Below are positions 12,308 through 24,691 of a stretch of 64,000 nt of DNA, in pieces. A model generated the notes under the pieces. It was given only the letters and a program-made list of their open reading frames with translations, was not told the origin of the DNA and searched no databases. Where the stretch lies: positions 1,860,001 through 1,924,000 of the forward strand of contig NC_042998.1 of assembly GCF_006345805.1 (NCBI RefSeq). The letters are read 5' to 3'. A program made the position numbers and the translations under genes. This stretch comes from Octopus sinensis (taxonomy: Eukaryota). Each line of letters begins with the position of its first letter. Position 1 is the stretch's first letter.

Positions 12308-12347
12308 TATTCTTGACAATCATACAATGACGAAAACCGGTTGAATA
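12308..12347 (+). ncRNA. Second copy of the hammerhead-like motif in the inverted pseudo-LTR, one G missing from stem II
   Basis: TATTC TTGACAA TCAT ACA ATGAC GAAAA CCGG TT GAATA. Confidence 0.5.
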
Positions 12348-12467
12348 AATATATATTTATATATTTTATCATTTTCTCATTTTATTAAAATTCTTTCATT
12401 TGAGCATTCTGCATTTTTAAAAAAGATTTTTCTTACTATATACATATATATAACATATATACATATA

Positions 12468-12519
<52 letters not shown>

Positions 12520-12574
12520 TATATACTATATATATATATATATATATTATCATATATATATACATATATACATA

Positions 12575-13813
12575 CTTTGATACTTTGATAGGTTTCGGCC
12601 ATATTGGCCCAGGCCATCTAACTTATAGCACCACCTGTGAAGTCTTTCAAGTCAGAATTTGGGCACTATGGCCCACCCAAGTAGAAGTTATTGTTTACAG
12701 AGACATATCCGGTGTAGGGGGTTTATCCGGGAATTCTTGAAGGAATCTGTCCAAAGACTTCTTGAACCCTATAGGGTCAGTTCTGTTTTAATGTGTTTTG
12801 GTGTAATGTTAAAAAGAGTGGGGCAATTGAGGTGAAATAATTGTGCCGTGTTGTTGTTATGAGATGAGAGTGCGATTTTTGTTTTGGCGGATGGCCGGGG
12901 CCCAAGCCTTGGATGTACCTTAAAGGTGATACCAACATCATTTGGGCAATGCTGATGGAATATTTTCCACATCATGCAGATGATGTAGCGCTGTCACGAC
13001 GACGTTGGAGAGAAATAAAGTTTTAGCTTTTCTAGTCGACCCCAATAGTCGAGGCCTGTCATGCCATCTATCTTTTTTGTGATTGCCCTTTGAGGTTTCT
13101 TCAACTTTTAGAACCTTGTATTGTGTGGGGAGACCACAGTGGACAACAGTATTCAAGGTGGGGCGGGCAAAGGTGGAGAAGAGAAGGATAATGGTGTGGT
13201 ATCTCTCGACTGGAAAGTTCTGAGAATCCAGGAACACATTCTGCGGGCCATGTCAACTTTGGTGTTTATATGAGTGGCCCAGCTTATGTTGTTGTCCACA
13301 ATTACTCCCAAGTCTCTGATGTTTTTGGACGCCGCGAGAGTTTCACCTGAAGGAAGGGAGTATGGGAGTTTTCAGGGCATCCTCTTTTCCAAAGTGGATT
13401 AACTCAAATTTATCCTCGTTCAGCAGCATATTTTTTTTTTTTTTTCTGCCCATTGGATAACAGCCAGTAGATCTGACTGAAGGTTTGTTCGGTTCACTCG
13501 CCTCATTTATGACCTTCTGTAGCTTGGAATCATCTGCAAAAATTTTATGTTTGCTGTGCTTGATGATGTCATTAATGTCATTAATGTAAATATGAAAAGA
13601 AGTGGGCCCAGCACAGTGCCTTGCGGAACGCCACTACTGACTTTGGCTGGGCTTGATTTACCCCTTCAACTACAACATATTGAGATCTGTCTGTCAGGAA
13701 AAACTTGATCCATTTCAGTAACTTTCCAGAGACACCAATGTTGGATATTTTTTTCAATAGGATCTTGTGATCAACCCTGTCGAAGGCCTTACGAAATCAA
13801 GGTAGATGACATC

Positions 13814-13814
<1 letters not shown>
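12575..13814 (-). mobile_element. CR1-type LINE, same family as 8750-10386, inverted and further 5'-truncated
   Basis: Reverse complement of ~9169-10386, including the (ATACTTTG)n tail. Frameshifted by many indels. Confidence 0.9.
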
Positions 13815-13849
<35 letters not shown>

Positions 13850-13857
13850 ATATATAT

Positions 13858-13899
<42 letters not shown>

Positions 13900-13976
13900 C
13901 ATATATAGTTAGACATGGCCTGGGCCAATACTGGCCAAAGCCTTTCTAAGTTATATATATATATATACATATATAC

Positions 13977-14013
<37 letters not shown>

Positions 14014-14070
14014 CATATATACATATATATATATACATATATATATACATATATATACATATATATATAC

Positions 14071-14115
<45 letters not shown>

Positions 14116-14269
14116 TATAATACATAATATACATATATATATATACATATATACATATATATATACATATATATATCTTTTCTTTTATTCTTTTACTCTT
14201 GTTTCAGCCATCCGGCTGAGGCCATGCTGGGCCAACCGCCCTTGTTGCTACCCTCTCTAAGTCCAGTTT

Positions 14270-15190
14270 GTGCCGTGGCTGGCCACTGATCTAAAGAGAG
14301 TTTGTAGCTGCTGCCCTTAGGTTACCTTCGTACCTTGCAGTGGATTCATCTGGGATCCCGGAAAGCAGCTTGTCTAGATGTTTTTTTTGAAAAATGTCCA
14401 CATCCGCATCAGTAGATCTCTTAGTTTTCTTGGCAGTTTGTTGAAAAGCTGAGGGCCCCTGAACCCCAGGCTATTACAGTATCTGCTCCTTACCCTGGAT
14501 GTGGAAGACGGGACCTTTGGCACCACACAGTGACGTCCGTACGGGGATTGGAACAGCTCTCAATTCAAAATTTGGTGCTAGTCCTCCAGGATTTTCCATA
14601 TGTATATCACTGCATATCTCTCTCGCATTCGTTCCAAGGAGTACAAACTGAGTTCCCTAAGCCTCTCCCCAATAGTTCTTTCTTTCATGGTGGAAATCCT
14701 CTTGGTGAAATGTCTTTGGATTTGTCTCAAGCTCGTGGTTAGTTTGACACTACGGTGACCACAGTTGGGAGCAGTAGTCCCAGGCGGCTTAGGACAAATG
14801 TCCTCCATAGTGTCAACATGGTCTCGCAGTCTCTTGTCCGGATGTCCTCAGGATCCAGCCAGTGAGTCGTCTGCACATTGTCGCCACCTTCGCGATTGTG
14901 AAGAAAAAGATGCATCGTCACTCATGTCTATCCCCAGGTCCCGTATTGATTTCGATACTGGATTTCGATCCCTCCTGGACCAGTATAGTTGTGTTGTAAT
15001 GTTATGTGTTTACAGCTTGATATTGTAAGGCTTTTGAAATTTACCAGCATTAAATTGCATGTTGTCTTTTAGCCCATTTGTATATGGCATCCAGATCTTG
15101 TTGTAAAAGGTCAGCATCAGCTGGGTTTTGATTGCCTTGCTACCTTGTGTCATCAGCATAGCTAGTGAGGGATGTTGTTTGTGCTACCAA
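14270..15190 (-). mobile_element. Degenerate CR1-type LINE 3' fragment (different subfamily)
   Basis: Peptide LRQIQRHFTKRI...RLRELSLYSLERMRERYAVIYIWKILE (ORF 14578-14808) matches the CR1 C-terminal region. Confidence 0.75.
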
Positions 15191-15439
15191 GGGCATGTCA
15201 GATATATTATATATATATATATATAACATACATTATATATATATTATACATATATATACACACATATATATATATACATATATATATACATATTATACAT
15301 ATATATATACATATATATATACATATATATATATACATATATATATACATATATATACATATATATATATACATATATACATTATATATACATACATATA
15401 TATATAATTATATATATATATATATTATATATATACATA

Positions 15440-15473
<34 letters not shown>

Positions 15474-15719
15474 TATATACATAATATATATACATTATAC
15501 ATATATATATACATATAATAGATATATATATATATATACATACATATATATATATACATATATAACACATATATATATATACATATATATATACCTATCA
15601 AAGTATCAAAGTATCAAAGTTATACATATATACTAATATATATCTATATATATATATATACATATATATATATACCTATATATATGTACATATATAATAC
15701 ATATATCATATATATATTA

Positions 15720-15772
<53 letters not shown>

Positions 15773-17620
15773 CATATATATACATATATAATACATATAC
15801 TATACAAGACATAACATATAATCTATATAATATATGTGTGTGTGTGTTGTGTGTGTGTTGTGTATGTATACACACACATGCATATAAAATCTGGAACATG
15901 TTTGGAAAGTGAACCTCTTAACCAACCAGCCGTGCCTGTACTGAAACTCCTTTATCCTTTTACTGATTCCTGGCCATATTCTGGGAGCAGATCAAGCAAA
16001 CTTACTTTTCCCTCTAACTTACGATTTTATAGTTTTATGCAAAAGTTTGACATCATTATAATAATTTTTTTTCATTTCTTCTTTCTTTTCCAGAATGTTC
16101 ATGTACTTGAAGAAATATTGCAACTGGGCAGCTGTGATTGCTCACCACGCTTTGGATTGAAGTGCAGCAAAGAGGAGATTTTTTCAATGGGGGGGGGGGT
16201 GAAAAAAACCAACAAAAAGAAAACTTGAAGTATGCACCTACAAATAAAAACAAACAACACCAACAACAGGCCCGTTGCATAAACTAATTTAAACAATATC
16301 AGGTTCCATACAAACAGAGAACTGCATTTTTTTTTTTTCCGTTATAATTCTCATTTTTATTTCTTTTTGGCTTTGGGAAATTATTTTAACTCCACTCCTC
16401 TCTTTTTTACTCTCTCTTCTCTGTTTTATGTTTTTAAACATTTTTCTTTTTTTTTTTTTTTTTGAAACTTTAAAAACAGAAATAAGGCCTGCTTTGCAGC
16501 TGGGTTTTTTGTCTTTATTTTTGTCTTAACAATACCTTATTATTATTATTATTTTGAGGGCTGTGGAGATGGCCAAAACAGAAGAATGCCGGGCTGGTTG
16601 CTTCAGTACCTCACTGTTCTGTGTTCAAATCCTGCCGGAGTCAACTTTCTGCCTTTCATTCCTCCAAGAATATATGCATCAGTTTATACACTAAGGCCAA
16701 TGTCATATTATTGCAAGGTCCCCTTCTTTGTAAAATAGACCTCCAGCATTGTAAAGAAAGTCATTTTTTTTTTGAGAATTTTTATGGCCAAAGTTAGGAA
16801 TTTTTCTGTAACTTAGGTATGTAAATACAACAACAAAAGCAAAAATTGCAGTGTGAACATGAGCATTTTCTTGAACAGCACCAATGTATTGTTGCACCAT
16901 ATATTCACACGTATGCACTACTTATGTGCATATGATTTCGTATTATTTTCCTTTCTAAATTTGGTACATTTTAATAGTTTGACATTTAAATTGGTATTTT
17001 AAACAATTTCACTTGTAAATAGTATTTGTTTTTGATTATTTTATGATCTAAGTTCATTTTTGAAATATTAGTTTTTCTTTTCTTTTCTCTCCTGGTAATT
17101 TTAAGTTGTGATCTTGGAATATTAAAAACTATCATAATCTTCCAATGGTCTCTCTTTCTCTCTCATGTACATTCACAACACACACACACACATACATTGC
17201 TACATTCTAGAAACCTATATATATATACATATTTTACCCATAGAGAAACAATTATTATACTTAGTAAGTAGTCTTGTATCATTAAAAAGACAAATCCAGT
17301 AGGTAGTATAAAGGGGGAAAACTGGAATGAAAGATAGCAAAGCAAGATAGCAAAAGGAGAATGAAAACATGAATTTAGGACCATTTCTTAATTTTCTAAG
17401 AAACAAACTGAATGTGCAGATTTTATCAACTTTATCGTTGTAATTATTTTTATTATGGCAGGTGCCATATTGTGGCCATAAGTTTCTAGGGGCCAGTGTT
17501 TGTCAAAGCTGGTTTCTTAATTCCCAATTAGAGCCTGCCTTATTTGCGTATGCCACTAATTACAACACTTGGGAAATGCATGAATGTCACAACATCTTAA
17601 ATTTCTTTCCCCTTTAAACA

Positions 17621-17658
<38 letters not shown>

Positions 17659-17665
17659 CATCATT

Positions 17666-18120
17666 TAAGGCAGTGAGCTGGCAGAATCGTTAGCACACCA
17701 AGCGGAATACTTAGTAATATTTCATCCGTCGTCATATTCTGAGTTCAAATTCCGCCAAGGTTGACTTTCATCCTTTTGAGGTCAATGAAATAAGTACCAG
17801 TTGAATACTAGGGTCGATGTGATCGACTATACCCCCTTCCCCAAATTTGAGGCCTTGTGCCTATAGTAGAAAGGATTATTATTATTATTATTGTTACTAT
17901 TATTAAGAGGCAGGTTGGCAGAATCATTATGATGCTGGACAAAATGTTTAGCAGCATTTCTTCCAGCTTTTTACATTCTGAGTTCAAATCCTGCTGGGGT
18001 TGACTGTGCCTTTCATCCTTTTGGGGTTGATAAAATCAGTACCAGTGGAGCTCTGGGGGTCAGTGTAACTGACTTTCCCCTTCCCTACATTTGCTGGCCT
18101 TGTGCCAAAATTTGAAACCA
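17666..18120 (+). mobile_element. Two tandem copies of tRNA-derived SINE family B (others at ~20255-20675 -, 22208-22400 +, 32560-32760 -, 32905-33090 +, 39280-39420 -, 55143-55320 -)
   Basis: Shared head GGCAGTGAGCTGGCAGAATCGTTAGC, B-box-like GAGTTCAAATTCC, body CTTTCATCCTTT..GTCGAT..AAGTACCAGT, and (ATT)n tails. Confidence 0.8.
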
Positions 18121-19633
18121 TTATTATATTATTATTATTATCATGATGAACTTAAGGTCCACTTTTAAATGTATTTACATAACTTGCTGATGTCTATGTA
18201 CACTGCTGAGATGTATTTTGTGAGTCTGTGTTGGAAACTTGTGAGAAAAATTGTTATGATAAGGAATCGGTTTTGAGAATACAGTGTGACTGCAAAGCTT
18301 GGTTGGAGCCTCAGCAGTGAAAAACAAGAAACAAAAAAGAAAAAAAACAAAAAAAAGGGAGTCGCTGGAATTAGGGAAACTAATACAGATGGTATAATTG
18401 GGTGAACAGATTTGGGTTTTTTTTTTTTTGATAGAAAAAGACAAAAAAAATGACATGAAAAAAATTTGAAAAACTCCACAGATGAAAGACATGAATTTTC
18501 AATTCTATTTTTATCGATTCTATAATGTTTTTATTGAGGGGGGAAAACAAAACAAACAAGAAAACAATTTTGCATATTGAGTTATTTTAGATGACGTTTT
18601 CTGTTGAACTTCTCCAAAAATTATCTACTCAACTCTGTCTGTTTTTCGCTTAGCTTCTGTGATTCTCAAACAAAGCTGTCAGTCATTGCATGCATTTAAT
18701 CTATGAAAAAAGATATTCATGATATTTGAAAATATCAATATATATGTTTCGAAACAATGTCTTCTAACTCTAACATTAAAAATAAAAAATAATTATAATG
18801 CTTAAGTGAAGTATAACCAAGTCTCTCTATAAATTACAGTCATTCGTGGCAAGCATCGTAGAGTAAAGAAAGGCTCTTGGCAAGTTGAATCTGTGACATG
18901 GTTTCAATTCCGAGTCTTAGCCACTTTACTCAACATACGTTGTTAATGCCCTTGGGAAAGGCATTAATGTCACAACTTCATATTTTTCCTCCTCTGTGGC
19001 TTTGTGGCTTTGTAAGAAATAAATAGTTGTTATTGGTAAATGTTACAATAACTGCAGCAGTTGTGCTCTGTCAACATTTTATCTTATTTCATTTTTTTTA
19101 ATAAATTTTAATTTTATCTTTTATATATTTCTTTCTTTAGTGATATTTTTTTAATGTTATTTAATTTTCCTTTACTTTACAATAAATAAAATGAGAGATT
19201 TGATACAGTTTAAAACTGATTAATCTTTTTTACTTTTAAAATTAGCATAAAGTTTTGGTTTTTCTTTCTCTTGGCAACAACAAAAGCCTGAACTTGGAAA
19301 GTCTGCTTTCTTGTTTAAATAGACAAAATTTACATTTTCTTTATACATGTAAATTTTAAATATTATATATTTATATGTATATACTTATAAATTTATATGT
19401 ATATTCTATAAAGTACATACTAATAAGTATATATGTATACATTTAAAGGTATGTATATACAAATTTATAAGTATATATTTACAAATTTATATGTATGTAT
19501 ATGATTTTATATATATATAAATTTACATGTATATATATATATATATATATAACTTATATATATTTTACATGTATGTATACATATATATTGATAAATTTGT
19601 GTGTGTGCATATATATATATTACATGTATGTAT

Positions 19634-19673
<40 letters not shown>

Positions 19674-22570
19674 ACACTCACAAACACACCTAAACTTCTG
19701 TTGGTTCTTAACTGTCCCGTGAATAATGTTCATAGCGATTCATGCATTTCCCCAATTTTTGTCTTTTTAATATTAAGAAGAAAAAAAAATGAAATGAACA
19801 AAAAGAAAAGAAAATTTGATTTCATTATTTTTCTGAAAGTAAAAAAAAATTTAAAAATACAGAATCAGTTACGAAATAATAATAATTAAAAAAAAATCCT
19901 AATTATATTTTGTATTTGTAATTTGTTGAACTGTTTCTTTTTTCTTTCTTTTCCTTCAACTTCCTTAGTTGATGTTAAAAACCAAAAAGAAAATCTAACT
20001 TAATAAAGGACATTACATTCTATGCCAGGTTCTCTGTTTTCTTTTATTCACCATCTTTATTACATATAAATTGTTCATTTTTTTTAATGTCTGTTTTTCC
20101 ATACTTGCATGGGTTGGATGGAGAGTTATTTGAGGCAGTTATTACAACCAGGTGCTCTTTCTCTTGCCAACCCTCACCTGTTTTTAGGTAAGGGATTTTT
20201 ATACCTCACAAGTCTTCAGATGTATGTAGTCTACACCACTACTACCATTGTTATTTCTTTACTGCCCACAAAGGGCTACACACAGAGGGGACAAACAAGG
20301 ACAGACAAACGGATTAAGTCGATTATATCAACCCTAGTGCATAACTGGTACTTATTTAATCGACCCCGAAAGGATGAAAGGCAAAGTCGACCTTGACGAA
20401 ATCTGAACTCAAACGTAGCGGCAGACGAAATACCTATTTTTTTACTACCCACAAGGGGCTAAACACAGAGGGGACAAACAAGGACAGACATAGGGATTAA
20501 GTCGATTACATCGACCCCAGTACGTAACTGGTACTTAATTTATCGACCCCGAAAGGATGAAAGGCAAAGTCGACCTTGATGAAATCTGAACTCAAAACGT
20601 AGCGGCAGACGAAATACGGCTACGCACTTCGCCCAGCCTGCTAACGTTTCTGCCAACTCACCACCTACTACCATTCTTGTGACTTTCAATTCACCAAGCT
20701 TGCACTGTGGACAGGTGTTCTATGGTAGATCTCCAATAATGCAAATTGCCAATCAACAGAGTCAGTCTTTACCGCTTTGCCTCAAGTCTCTTCTTGGTTA
20801 TCCCCCTTTCACATGTTCCATCTGCCTCGAGTGCTTGGCACATTTTCATACGGCTGTCAGCACACCTTCATGAGCATTGCTCCTCTTGATGACTTGCAAG
20901 ACTGCATCTCACTCATGAGTTTCGTTTCTGGCTTGGTTTCTATAGCTTCTAAACTACAAACACGTTACAAAGTGTACTGGATACTTTTTCCATGCATCAG
21001 CATGAGGGAGATGTCTATTCCTTGGCAAGACTAAAGAATCCTCAAAATCAAACTATCTGATGTGGTGTACGGTTAATTTTCTTTTTTCCAATGTGCCAGG
21101 GGCCGGTAATATTTCTTAGTAATATTAATTTATACCAGAAACAATATATAATATAATGAATATAATAAAAGTTGACAATTTTTTTTATCTTTTATTTATT
21201 TTGTAAACAAATAATACAATATTACTTAAGCATTTTATAATGTTTCTTTCTTTTCTGGAAACTCATCACATACTGGCAGCTGATGGCTCACACACTGGTC
21301 TGCAGACCACAACTTTGAGCAGCCTTGCTCTAAGCCTTATGTTTTACAGTGTATTGAGTGCATGCTTCCATAGCACCAGCACTACAGAGGTAACCATGTC
21401 ATAACCAAAGGGGTCTCTTGAGTCTATGTCTCCTTGCTCACTAACTCCTTTACAGAGTGAGAGGCATGAAGGATAAGACAGAGACATAAATAATAGAGAT
21501 AAACCATAAGAAGGACAAGTGATAGAGATGCTGTGTGTTCCAAGATTCACTCTTAAGGTAATGGAAGCAAAAGCAAGAATACAACATGTTCCAGGGGACA
21601 GAACGAGGGTGGAGAGTGGGAAAGTGAAGAGGTTTGGGTGGAAAAAAGAAAGGGTACAATAGCATGTCTAGTGAATGGGGTTATGTCTGAGAGCACAGGA
21701 GTGAGGGTTAAGTATACTGAGCATAATAGTTCCAATGTGGTGTAGTTTCTTATGGACAAGGAGGGAGATGGTGACGGGGCTTGGAAGTGGGAAGATCATA
21801 ATTCAATGAAGAGATGAGAGAAAAGTCAATGATGAAGAAATGAGTGAGTACTGACCAGGAGAAATTCAGATGATGGCAGTGGTTGCAGGTCCTGTACTAA
21901 TGAACAGTTAAGGTCTATCCATACCTGGAGAGACCCCACAGGGTGAGAGAGAGAGATGCAGTACAGAGGGGGGTATGACAAGATTGCTGCAAGCAATTTT
22001 GAGAAAGCCAGAGCAACTGCAATGGATGAGAAACATCAAAGAAGGAAAGAGTCGTCATCATGACCCCCCCCACCTGACCAAAGCCTATATATTTACCCCC
22101 AAGTGTGCCAGAGCCTGTTGTTCAAGGATCAGTTTAGGCTTGCCATTCTTTCTCATGACTTTCAGACATGAAGAAATCCCATTATGTGTGTGTGTGTGTG
22201 TGGTGTGTGTGAGCTGGCAGAATCGTTAGCAGCATTTTGTTGTTCATCTTCACATTCTGAGATCAAATCTTGCTGAGGTCAACTTTGCCTTTCATCCTTT
22301 TGGTTGATAAATTAAGTACCAGTGAAACACTGGGGTCGATATAATTGACTAGTCTCCTCCCCAAAAATTTCAGGCCTTCTGCCATTAGTAGAAAGGATAT
22401 ATATTGTTGTGTGGATGCCCCAGACGATGAAGTAGACTAGCCCAATATGTAGATATAGAGGGAGAAGTCTCGACGCCGACAGAGAACAGTTGAGTAGCGG
22501 TCAGAGTAGAGAAGTAGAGAGCAGAGTTGAGTAGTAGAGGCATCCAAACGTGCCACATAACACATATATA

Positions 22571-22860
22571 TCTCTATATATACAAACGGCAAAATGTCTG
22601 TCTGTGTGTGTATCTTTTATACAAATCCACAATTTTTCAGTTAGAGGGCTCACACTTTCTATGGTCATTCAAAACCGTCCAAGGGTGGTCGTGCACATCT
22701 TTACATTTCCCCAGTCACCCCACAAAGCCATTAAAAAATCAATAGAAGTGACTTTTTTGTGAATTTTCTATCCAAAACCCAGTCAAAATGCCCGAAACTT
22801 GATACGCCAATTGAATGCCATCTAGCTGTATGTGATTGGTCGGAGATTTGGACAGTACTT
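22571..22860 (+). mobile_element. Probable Helitron-like non-autonomous fragment
   Basis: Starts A|TCTCTATATATACAAA followed by GTCTGTCTGTGTG, like the 5' end at 8236. 3' end not identified. Confidence 0.35.
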
Positions 22861-23032
22861 GCGTGTATGTGCGCACGCACGCAGCTGTATATGCATGCAC
22901 TAGCACTATGACCCGGCGTTGCCTGCTCGCTTAGCCAGCAGGATGGCGTCATTCGAAGGCTAAAACAATGCGAACACATTGTGACCAGCAATGTGTAGCA
23001 ACATTTGGTCTGGTTGGTCACGTGATCATGTG

Positions 23033-23075
<43 letters not shown>

Positions 23076-23608
23076 GCCGTAGAAACTCTGCCAGATCAAG
23101 ACTGGAGCCTGATGCAGCCATCTGGTTCACCAGCCCTCAGTCAAAAATAAAAATAAACTTTAGGAATGTGTAAATTACATAAGTAGATCGTTTTCAGAAC
23201 TTATTTTGAAATTTTTTTGTCAAAAAAAGACATACAAAATGTAAACATTTGTACCGGATGTTAAGTCATTTAATGTCAGAATAGGTTTTTACAGAAAAAA
23301 GTAATGGCTTAAATATAATGAAGTTGATTTATATTTATGCTGGATGGTATAATGCTTACTTTTTCTGTATGAAATTACTAAAACCATTAAATGGTTCGCT
23401 ACTTTTTGAAGTCTGACATTCATGCTGGGAAACATGGTCCGGGCCATATTTTCATTGCTTCGAGTTTCTACCTAACACGATGGAGCACCACTGACGTACA
23501 TCGTGATATAGATATTCCTGACTGAAAGAAATGTAATGATAGGGGTGGATTTTTTTGTAGTCCATACTTCTAACAATAAGCTAGAAGAAAGATACCCTTA
23601 CCAAACTA

Positions 23609-23910
23609 ATCATCATCATCATCATCGTTTAATGTCCGTTTTCCATGCTAGCATGGGTTGGACGGTTCGACTGGGTCTGGGAAGCCAGAAGGCTGCACCA
23701 GGCCCAGTCTGATCTGGCAGGGTTTCTATGGCTGGATGCCCTTCCTAACGCCAACCACTCCGTGAGTGTAGTGGGTGCTTTTTACGTGCCACCGGCACAG
23801 GTGCCAGGGGAGGCTGGCAATGGCCACAATCGGTTGGTGCTTTTTATGTGCCACTGGCACAGAAGCCAGTCAAGGCGGTGCAGGCATCGGCCTCGTTCGG
23901 ATGGCACACA
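23609..23910 (-). mobile_element. 5'-truncated RTE 3'-UTR copy (others at ~41075-41622 +, 41913-42095 -, 44295-44620 +, 52536-52780 -, 54860-55140 +, 57690-57890 -, 58265-58445 -)
   Basis: Same CCAACCCATGCTAGCATGGAAAACGGAC-(ATG)n end and GGTGGCACGTAAAAAGCACC modules as 6300-6618. The 41075 copy retains the last RTE codons (MTKDRDLWRYAV...). Confidence 0.85.
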
Positions 23911-24691
23911 ATAATTAGAAATGAAATCATTAATAAGTGCCTGTCCAAGTAACAGAATATTAGGTTCTTTTTCACTTCCTGCTAATAAGTCTAATAAGTC
24001 TGTAGTAGATCTCTCCTTGACAGCAATTCTACAGCATTTCTGTTTAGATGTAGATAGGCAGCTCAACCAATACTACAATAGTTGGAACTTTTATAACAGT
24101 GGTACTAAACTAAACATATTAACAACTGTCATTTATCGCACCTAGTGTCGCAACCGTAATAAAATGTTGTTTGACAACAAAGGAGCTACTTCAGCTTTTT
24201 GTTTTTTTTGTTTTTGGTTGTTGTTTTTTTACACCAAAGTACAAACAGAAGATCCAAGATCATTCACCATTTTCTTACATTTTTAAGGCTGTGGATTTCA
24301 TATCTCATAAACCATGTCTTGATCGCAACCAAGGTCTTGCTTTCATTCAGGCCTTCAAAAAACATTCTACCACATCATTTGCTTTCAGTCCATCTATTTG
24401 TTACACCTTATGAAAGACAGCAAGCACACATTTCCCATATATCTCTTTCTGTTTCATATATAATCACAAATGCAAAACAGATAAGATATTCAGCTATTTA
24501 TAGGCATGTGTGGTAAGTAGCTTGCTTACCAACCACATGGTTCCGGGTTCAGTCCCACTGCATGGCACCTTGGGCAAGTGTCTTCTACTATAGCCTCAGG
24601 CCGACCAAAGCCTTGTGAATGGATTTGGTAGACGGAAACTGAAAGAAGCCTGTCGTATATATGTATGTATGTATATATATATATATATACA

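Larger units (their letters stand above)
10613..12440 (-). mobile_element. Penelope-like element: 5'-truncated ORF with GIY-YIG endonuclease, 3' pseudo-LTR and inverted 5' pseudo-LTR copy
   Basis: Minus-strand linker/thumb peptide (ORF 11768-12202, ...KRQHKSLKKLLTNAKL...KKCARSNC). GIY-YIG motifs NLIYVLT (11679-11699) and YYVGQTSLPLRKRVTVHKEQI (from 11660). Terminal EKFQTQLN, stop at 11408. ~12240-12440 is an inverted copy of ~10650-10850. Confidence 0.88.
10387..15830. repeat. Cluster of long (TA)n/(TACA)n microsatellite tracts (10387-10610, 12440-12575, 13815-14175, 15200-15830)
   Basis: Direct inspection. These tracts generate the spurious I/Y-rich ORFs in the ORF track. Confidence 0.95.

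Noticed and set aside
10350-15640. Numerous I/Y/M-rich ORFs
   Set aside because: Translations of (TA)n/(TACA)n microsatellites.
21340-22130. Purine-rich stretch resembling a decayed LINE
   Set aside because: No motif could be read with confidence.
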